From the human T2T-CHM13v2.0 reference genome, Homo sapiens, in NCBI RefSeq assembly GCF_009914755.1, contig NC_060927.1: a stretch of DNA of 64,000 nucleotides, one strand, 5' to 3'. Positions 55,149 through 64,000 of this stretch are shown in pieces. The stretch's first letter is position 1, and each line of letters starts with the position of its first letter. Position numbers and translations under genes: made by a program. Below the pieces are notes generated by a model, which saw only the letters and a program-made list of their open reading frames with translations, searched no databases and had not been told where the DNA came from.

Positions 55149-56371
55149 TATATTATAAATTGGGGGGTTTTGATGTCTGCATTCCCATATAATTGGCTGA
55201 CTTTGTAATTTATGCATTTTACTTTGTGCATATAAAGTATTACTAGCTATTTAGTTTTTCTTTTGTTTAAATACTCCATTATTTTGCATACTTGGGTTTC
55301 GTTCCATTTAGTTATGCTATGTTGATGATAGGCAGTAATCGTTTCACCTACATTTCATAATGGTGCTGAACCACCTCTTTAACAAGGGAGTTTGAAGCTA
55401 AGGATGACAAAAAAATGAATAAGAAGATAATTTCTTTAAAGCTTTATTGTTTAATTGTGGGGAACTGTTTTTCTAAGGAAAAAAGTGTTATATACAAATC
55501 TGTACAATAATGAAACAAGCTGCAATTGGCTTCTAAAGCGTAACAGGCCAAGTATATAATATATACCCTGAACACAAAGGCACAGCTCCCAGAGTTTGCT
55601 AACGGAACTTCTCACTCATGGAGGCATGCTGCTATATTATTGACAAGAATCGCCATAAACAGAGTCATGCAGCCATCTTGGCAAGACTTGCCCAACTGTG
55701 TGCTTAGGTGTTGCTTCCAAAATCCCTTCCAAATCACACAAGTGGAATAATTTCTCCTTGTGTTGAGCACATTATAACAGCTGCATGCTGTCACCATGAT
55801 TTTTAGAAACAAATATCTAAGCTTTTTCAAAAAGCAGAGCATCCCCAAAATGATGATTTCCTATTATGTTGCAAAATTGCTTCGAAGCATTATTAATATT
55901 CTTTATGTCTGAACTGGGAAGCTTGCTAGGTAAGCTTAGAAGGAATTCATTTGCACAGTTACTGAAGCAAGATGAAGATTTACTGCTTTTCTCTTAGAGA
56001 GCTTGCTGATGTAAGATCAACATTATATGCCATTTACAGAATCCAGGAATCTTTACTTATAGAGAAACTTTTACCTGTGGAACTCATACTCATCTAAATA
56101 TTATTCCAGCCAACTCCAGATTTGGTCCCAAACTGGGGTGTTATAAGAAGAAAAAGGCAACGATCATAGTTTCTTACTGAGAATTGCTTAGAATACCCAC
56201 AGCTCCAGACTCCATGCCAGGTGAAAAGCTAAAAAAAAAAAATCTCAGTTTCTGGGATAGTAATTATCTTCCATCTTCCATAGTGAATAGTATATTTCCA
56301 ACTCATGAAAATTTAGAATCAGCTTAGAAATGTTTAGGATAATCTAAGACAAAGAAATTATACTTTCAGAT

Positions 56372-57100
56372 TGTGTAATGAAGAATTAACTTCACCCAAC
56401 AAGAGGTCTGCCCTTAGCCTTCGGCTACTGGGAAGTAATCTCTAGGCCCCTAGAATATACTGCCTAATAAGAGTTTGTTTGTCAAACAGTGTAACTGTGA
56501 TTTTTTAATAGGGGCTTTGAGTCATGCTACATCAGTTTTGACTTCCAGAGTAACCAGATTAAAGGCATTAGTCTGACTTCAGGAGGTACTGGACACAAAA
56601 TATCAGCAGCAGAAACAGTATGTGGCTGATCCCCAGTAAAAGCTCTGGACATCAACAGCTTGGATGAGCTTCTTGTGGTCGGCCATTGCTATACATTACG
56701 ACCAGGAGGAGGTGCTGCTCCGCATGACTTCATGGGGAGAGGACAGGAGAGGAGAACCTCCATGTTTAGACTCCTCCTAGACTCTGACCTATGCATCACT
56801 TCCTTTGATTAATTTTAATATGTATCCTTTCCCTGTATACTCTTTGAGAGTATAACAGCTTTCAGTAATTTCTGTGAGTCCTTTTAGCAAATTATCAAAC
56901 CTATTACTTAGTATAACAGCTTTCAGCAATTTCTGTGAGTCCTTGTAGCAAATTATCAAACCTAAGGGTAATTATGGGAATCCTCATGTTTGTAGCCAGC
57001 CCATCTGAAGTAAGGGTGGTCCTGGGATGCTGCAGTGTTCAGCTGGTGTCTGAAATGAAGGCAGCCTTGTGGGAAGTGTTCCTTCTTCCTATATAGTTTG
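56372..57100 (+). mobile_element. MER21-type LTR with an internal 55-bp duplication
   Basis: agaggtctgcccttagccttcggctactgggaagtaatctctaggccc...tctgtgagtcct..tagcaaattatcaaacct...tgtagccagc. Confidence 0.7.
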
Positions 57101-57964
57101 TCTAGCTCTGGGCAGGTATTAGGAAGGACTCTGCAGAAATTTAGAATTTTATATACTTGTAACATTTGGCTTATTAGAGCAACATCCTTGTAACTCCTAC
57201 TTAAAATGAGCAATTGAGTTGACTTTTAATTTAACATCTTACCAAGTTTATTAGTGTTGCTAACTTTAATACATTAGTTTTATAAAAGTCATTTAAATAG
57301 TAGGAAGGTTTTAAGTAATCTCTGTTATTCAGCATTTCCAGCTTGGCCATGAGGCAGATGTTGGAGGATAAGTTAGAGAATAAAAAATATACTTTGAGAA
57401 CTTGAACAGAAAAGAGTGAAAAAGAAAAAATAAAATTCTGACTTTAGTATTGCTCTAATAGCTATCAGTAAGTCAAGGAAAAGACGAATGGGGCTGAATA
57501 CAAAAATAAGAGTGACAGAAAAAGGATATAAGGCTGTAGTAATTCCAACACTCGGGGAAGGAGTAGGGCAGGAGAGAATAGGAGGGACATATGGGGAAAA
57601 GGAAGCAGCAAAGGAGGATGGAATAATAAAATAGCAATAATAGATTTAAATTAAATTTATTGAGCATTTATTAAATACTAGGAATCCTCACTTACTCTCA
57701 ACAACAATGGGAAGATATTATTATTTCTAGTGTTCAGAGGAAGAAACTAGGAGGAAAAGCAGAACAGGTATTTTTTTAAAAATCATGAAAAGTGACAGTC
57801 AAGATTTGAACCCAGGTCTTTTAATTCCAAATTCACAACTTGTTCCAAAATACTTGGCCTGCTTTGACTTCAACACTTGGAAAATGTATTCCTCACTAAG
57901 AGTATGTGAGAATTCTTTATTAGCTGGAATGTGCATCTAGTGTATTTGTGTAGTCAAACTTCTT

Positions 57965-58238
57965 AAATTTTTTTTAATTTGTGGGTACATAGTATTTGTA
58001 TGTTTATGGGGTACATAAGATGTTTGGATACAGAAATGTAGTGTGAAATAAGCACATTATGGAGAATGGGGTATTCATTCCCTCAAGCATTTATCCTTTG
58101 AGTTACAAACAATCCAATTACACTCTAAGTTATTTTAAAATGAACTATTAGGTTATTATTACCTATTGTCACCCTCTTGTGCTACCAAATATTAGGTCTT
58201 GGTTATTCTTTCTAATTAGATTTTTTGTACCCACTAAC
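57965..58238 (-). mobile_element. L1MA1-3 3' end fragment
   Basis: ttgtgggtacatagt...ttatggggtacat...ccctcaagcatttatcctttgagttacaaacaatccaattacactct. Confidence 0.85.
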
Positions 58239-60961
58239 TTTAATATTTTAGCTTTAACAGAAGAAAAACATAGCAGCAGGCAGGAACTACAGTACCAGCT
58301 CAGATTCCATCAATTTTCCCTTTACCTATGATGTTTTCCACATTCTGGCACAAATGTGAAGTCAATAACCACACAAAGTTGTATAATTGCCATTGATTAA
58401 ATCAGCGCTTCCCTTTATAAGCTAACATCTGTAGGCAAAATAGGAATTGTGTAAGTTGGACTATATACAAGTTGGTACACTTTAGGTCATTTCCAGGAAA
58501 GGCTTTCCTGGGCTAAATGGATATTTTCCCTTAGCACGAAACCATGAGGTCTGAAAACTGAATCTAGTGTAGTATTGTTAACTACTAGGAGAAAATTGGA
58601 TACCAGTTCATTGAGTGGGTCCCAAGAATTCACAAAGCATTTTAAAAATATCAAGGATATATACCTGTGACTTGACTAATTGCATATGCTTCCCTTCCCT
58701 TTCAAAATCCAACTGAAATATAAACAAAAGTTAGACAAGAGAGGCTACTCTGAAGGGAAAACATTTTGTGAAATTTCTGGAAGAAAATTGGAAACAGTAA
58801 GAGAGGAGTCAATATTTAAAACACACTCACTTACACACATGCACATACACCTAAAACAGGCTGAGAGGACTACCACAAAGATCCAGGCATGTATTCTACA
58901 CGTCCCCAGGAAACTCCAAGGCTGGAGTCCAGCGGAAGTCATCTAAGAGCAGGGGTTGTCCAAAAGCAAATGATCAAGGTAATTAATCAGAAGACTGTAG
59001 AAGTGCTGGACCACTCTGCCTCACTCTCTATAGTGTCCCACACATGGGTCATTTACCCTGACGCCAAAAATAGGAGGCTCCTTTCTGAAGGATCATTAGC
59101 CTTTGTGATGCGAGAGGGATGTGCTCCTTACTGGAGTGCTAGAGCTACAAGAAGAGAAGCAAAGCAGAGCTCAAGGTTATTCTAGACCCCTGCAAGGGAG
59201 CAATAAAAAAAAAGCAGCCTAATCTACTTCCAAGAGTGAAATAAATTCAAAAGTAAAATAAATCTACTCAGAGAACAAACTCCAACTAATAGAGCAAATT
59301 TGTGTCTGTCCCCGCAAGCTTCACTTGAACCAATCTGAGAGCAGGTCTCAGCCTTTATCATACTCCCCAAATGCAAGCCACTCCATAAAGCATTTGTTAG
59401 AAATTTTAGCTTTTACTCACTATTTCATGGGAGACTAAGAAAATGTATATTACACATTACATAGGAATAACTTAATCACATATTATATTTAACTGTCCTT
59501 CCCTCCACTTACTTTCTCTCTTTTCCAGCTGCAAGAATATCAATTTTTCTCTTCCTCTTTATTATGTCTGTGCTGACAGTGTTCTTGTTAATTTTTACAT
59601 GGTCTTCTTGCTTTCTGTGTAAGTAATCATGCTAATTTAACCTGTTTTATTTCAGGCAACAAAGCACACGTTATGTTCTTAAATTATCATAATCCCATAA
59701 TTATCTCTTTACCTGCATACCCTCTTACAATACTTATTGTCCTATATATTATTTAATGTAACCATTTTCCTTCAGATCACTACTATTAATCATATACTGT
59801 TCCCTAAGTATTTTCATTATTTATTTTCCTGTGAAATAAATCTACATTTGCCTTCCCAACAATGGTGTCTCCTCTTAAACATTTCCCATTACCACACAAG
59901 CTAATTTTTTTCGAATACTTTGAGTCATGTATTCTATATCTTATAAGACTCTTGTAAAAAAGAAAGTGTCATACAAATTGGATTCCCTATATGACAAGAA
60001 CAAAATAAGACTTTAGGTTTATATGATTAACACCTGTGAATCTTCCCGCCCTATAGTTCAGTTGACATGCACTCAGTCCTAAGATGACTTCCATCTAATT
60101 TGTCATGCAGTTCTACATTAAGAAAAAAGATATTTGATGGATTTTCCATAATTCCAAAAAAGTAGCCTACATGGCATCCATTGTAATGAGTAAATAAACA
60201 ATACTTATATGGCTTAATCTAATTAGAACTTTTCAGAATGGCAGTTGGGAAAGTTAATTTCCTTGGGAGGTCAAATGGCATCTTCAATGGCTTGAAATTT
60301 CCAGACCAGCCTCTGCAATTCCACTATCCTGATAGAAGTGTGAAACTTAATTTATTTGTCTTGGCTAATTAAATTCTACCTGTGACAGTAAGTGCCACTA
60401 CTGCTTGTCTATAAATTAAAAATGTTAATTACATGAGAATATTCAGTGTTACCATGCCTGGGAAGTTGATTACTACAGCCATGTTTTTGAAAGCATGGGC
60501 CAAAGTCACTTTGAACTGACAAGTTCCAACTATTCTTCTGGAATATCAGTGAATCTTGAATGTCCAGATCCAAAGCAGTTGCCTAGTCATTTTTTATCCC
60601 CTAGCTGAGCACTTGATATATTAGCAATAATTTTCACATATTATACATCATTTTGAAAGACATGTAAGGTACAGAACATCAAAAATACAGGTCAAAATGC
60701 AGGTGTACATAAAATTATGAGCAGAAAACATAAATTTAAATTGATACCACCACTAAGAAAAAATAGAACAAATATGGAAAAGCTATAGAGATATGTTCAC
60801 AATTTACAGACAATTCTAAGTTTACCATCTTAGAATGAAAAGGAGATCCTCTAAGTTTTCCTAATAGACACTGTTGGTTTCTACTCAGGATTGGTATTTT
60901 TCTCCTTTATTAACAAAACACCATTTTATTCATGTAACTACAAAGATTAAGAGTAATTCTT

Positions 60962-61306
<345 letters not shown>

Positions 61307-61321
61307 CTAAGTCAGTCATGG

Positions 61322-61679
61322 GGGTATTGACTAAATGTTTATGTGCCCCAAAATGTATATGTTGAAGCCTAACATTATGGCCTTTGGAGGTATAGCCTTG
61401 GGGGGATGCTTAGGTTATGAGGGCAGAGTCCTCATTAACAGGATTAACGCTCTTACAAGAGGCAAGAAAGCTTGACCTTGCCCTCTGCTGTCTGCCATTT
61501 GAGGATACAAGGAGAAGATGGCTATCTGTAAACCAGGAAGAATGTCCTCACTAGACACCAAGTCTGCCAGAACCTTGATCTTGAACTTCCCAGGCTCCAG
61601 AACTGTGAGGAATAAGTTTCTGTTGTTTAATCCATCCAGTCTATGATATTTGATATAGCAGCCTGAAATGACTAAGACA
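61322..61679 (+). mobile_element. MLT1A/MSTD MaLR LTR
   Basis: aatgtttatgtgccccaaaatgtatatgttgaagcc...ccttgatcttgaacttcccaggctccagaactgtgag...actaagaca; TSD catgg. Confidence 0.85.
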
Positions 61680-62311
61680 CATGGTAAACTCATTTCCTCT
61701 GCTAGTAGTTATTATGCTAGTAGTTGCTAGGTGAGTATCTGACCTGGTCCTGGCCAATGAGATGGTAAGGGATACTTAGTAAAGCTGGGGGTGGAAGGAT
61801 GGGGTCCTCTGGAAGATGTTTCTTTGAAACTAACAAGAATACACTGAAAAAGCTTGCCGTGTTTTATTCCTCTACATGTTATTGGCTAAGGATTTGACTC
61901 CTGATGCTACTGTAGCCATTATACAACCATAACTGAGGCTAGCTTGAGAACAAGCTTGGCAGCGACGGTGGCAGAGCTGGAAAAAATGGAAAGTCATAAA
62001 TGTCATGAATGCCATTGAGCTGCTGAATTAATAATACTCTAGGTCAAACTATCTCCTAACATCTGGTTAACTGAGATTATACATTTATTGTTCCTCTATT
62101 AATTGGAGATGGTGTTGCAGATAGCATTCATTGTCTATGAGGAAGAAATACCAGTTCTTTGGGAGAACCAGTTTCTCTAGTAATTAACAGAAAATTTTCT
62201 TAAAGTCATTTTCATGTATAATTTCATAGGAGAAGCAATAAGAATTGGGATGTACCATCTCTCAAACAATATTCTTGTAGCAAATATAAAAATAGACTTC
62301 ACAAGAATTTT

Positions 62312-63444
62312 TTTTTCGTTAGACTTTTAAGTTCAGGGGTACAAGTGCAGGTTTGTTATACAGGTAAATTGTGTATCATGGGGGTTTGGTATACAGATTA
62401 TTTGATAAGCATAGTATCCAATAGGTAGTTTTTTTATCCTCACTCTACTCCTGCCCTCCACCCTCAAGTAGATCCCAACGTCTATTGTTCTCTTCTGTGT
62501 GTCCATGTGTACTCGATATTTAGCTCCCACTTATAAGTGAGAACATGTGGCATTGGGTTTTCTGTTCCTGAGTTAGTTTGCATAGGATAATGGCCTCCAG
62601 CTCCATCCATGTTGCTGCAAAGGACATGATCTCATTCTTTTTTATGACTGCATAGTATTCCATAGTGTATATGTACCACTTTTATTTATCCACTCTACCA
62701 TTGACGGACATTTAGGTTGATTCCATGTCTTTGGTATTGTGAATAGTATTGCAATGAATATACATATGCATGTGTATTTATGATAGAATGATTTATATTC
62801 CTTTGGGTATATACCCAATAATGGGATTGCTGGGTCAAATGGTAGTTCTGTTTTTAGTTCTTTGAGAAATTGCCAAACTGACTTCCACAGTGGCTGAACT
62901 AATTTACATTTCCACCAGCAGTGTATAAGCATCCCTTCTTCTCTGCAGCCTTACTACTATCTGTTTATCTTTTGACTTTGTAATAATGGCGATTCTCACT
63001 GGTGTGAGATGGTATCTCACTGTGGTTTTGACTTGCAATTCTCTAACGATTAGTGATGTTGAGCATTTTTGCATATGTTTGTTTGTTACTTGTATGTCTT
63101 CTTTTGAAAAGTGTTCATGTCTTTTGCCCACTTTCTAATAAGATTGTTTGTTCTTTGCTTATTTGTTTAAGTTCCTTGTAGATTCTGTATATTAGATTTT
63201 TGTCAGATGCATAATTTGCATGTATCTTCTCCCATTCTGTTAAGTTGTCTATGTACTCTATTGATAGTTCTTTTGCTGTCCAGAAGCTCTTTAGTTTAAT
63301 TAGGCGCCAATTGTCAATTTTTGTTTTGTTGCAATTGCTTTTGGTGTCTTTGTCATGAAATCTTTGCCAGGGCCTAGGTCCAGAATGGTATTTTCTAGGT
63401 TGTCTTCTAGGGATTTTTTAGTTTTGAGTTTTACATTTAAGTCT
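62312..63444 (-). mobile_element. 5'-truncated L1PA13-16 (ORF2 C-terminus and 3'UTR)
   Basis: ORF2 peptides ([25 protein letters not shown]); TSD ttcacaagaatttt (62298-62311) / ttcataagaatttt (63445-63458). Confidence 0.93.
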
Positions 63445-64000
63445 TTCATAAGAATTTTATGAGGACATAGCACCAAAAAGCAACTCAAAGAGAGCTAACT
63501 CTCAAGGGTAAACAACCTGGACAAATGTCTATAGTTTTTTGCTGATCTGAATTTATTTCAAAATAAATTCTAGTCTATCTAGAAGACTTTTCCCCAAAGA
63601 ATGCATCAGAGGTTAAAATACTAATAGTAGATATTCTGGGAAAAAATAAAAAGGAAGAGGAAGTATAGCAGGAAGGGTATGGATGAAAAAAAAAGGAGAA
63701 AGAATACAGAATGGTTAAGTAAGTTTAAGAAATGCTGGGATAGCAATCTTAAACAATTCCTCAAAGGTTCTTAGTATGCTAATATGCATTAAGAATGTCC
63801 AAGAGGAGTACAGAACATGTAGCGTTTCCTAAATTAATCTGACCATAGAGCCCTTTATCATATAGAATATAAAAGAAATGATATTCTATATATTCTTCTA
63901 TAGAGATCACACTAAAGGAAACTCTGAGCAATTAATACACAGAATATCTTCAAAATTACCACAGGTATCTTGGCTGCACACTACGCTTTTGACAAATATA

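Noticed and set aside
58670-59330. ORFs 58680-59185 as coding sequence
   Set aside because: Resembles a decayed L1M/HAL1 5' region; no protein similarity I can recognise, and too uncertain to annotate

Overview
Repeat-dense human genomic DNA; the near-consensus AluYb8 at 52.8 kb belongs to a human-specific subfamily. I found no host protein-coding exon, RNA gene or CpG island. Essentially all ORFs in the supplied track are either retroelement coding remnants or chance ORFs inside repeats. Main contents: (1) a full-length ~6.16 kb L1PA3-like LINE-1 (17786-23946, 14-bp TSD) with disabled ORF1/ORF2, an open and extended antisense ORF0, and the ~129-bp ZNF93-binding 5'UTR segment retained; (2) a 5'-truncated L1PA4/5 just upstream, sharing rare variants with it; (3) a highly decayed, near full-length L1M (31-38.4 kb) carrying nested Alus and a MaLR; (4) an LTR pile-up (40.4-50.4 kb) ending in a tail-to-tail fusion of the 5' half of an L1PA5/6 (+) with the 5' half of an LTR7B-type HERV-H (-), which has a Phe-like PBS and an expanded G-rich leader VNTR; (5) many Alus, MaLR/ERV LTRs, L2/MIR fragments and microsatellites. 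Subfamily names come from remembered consensus sequences, not from an alignment run. I see no evidence of a new enzymatic system. The best candidate for undescribed biology is the L1/HERV-H fusion, which leaves convergent promoters without their 3' ends, next to an MLT2A2 LTR.
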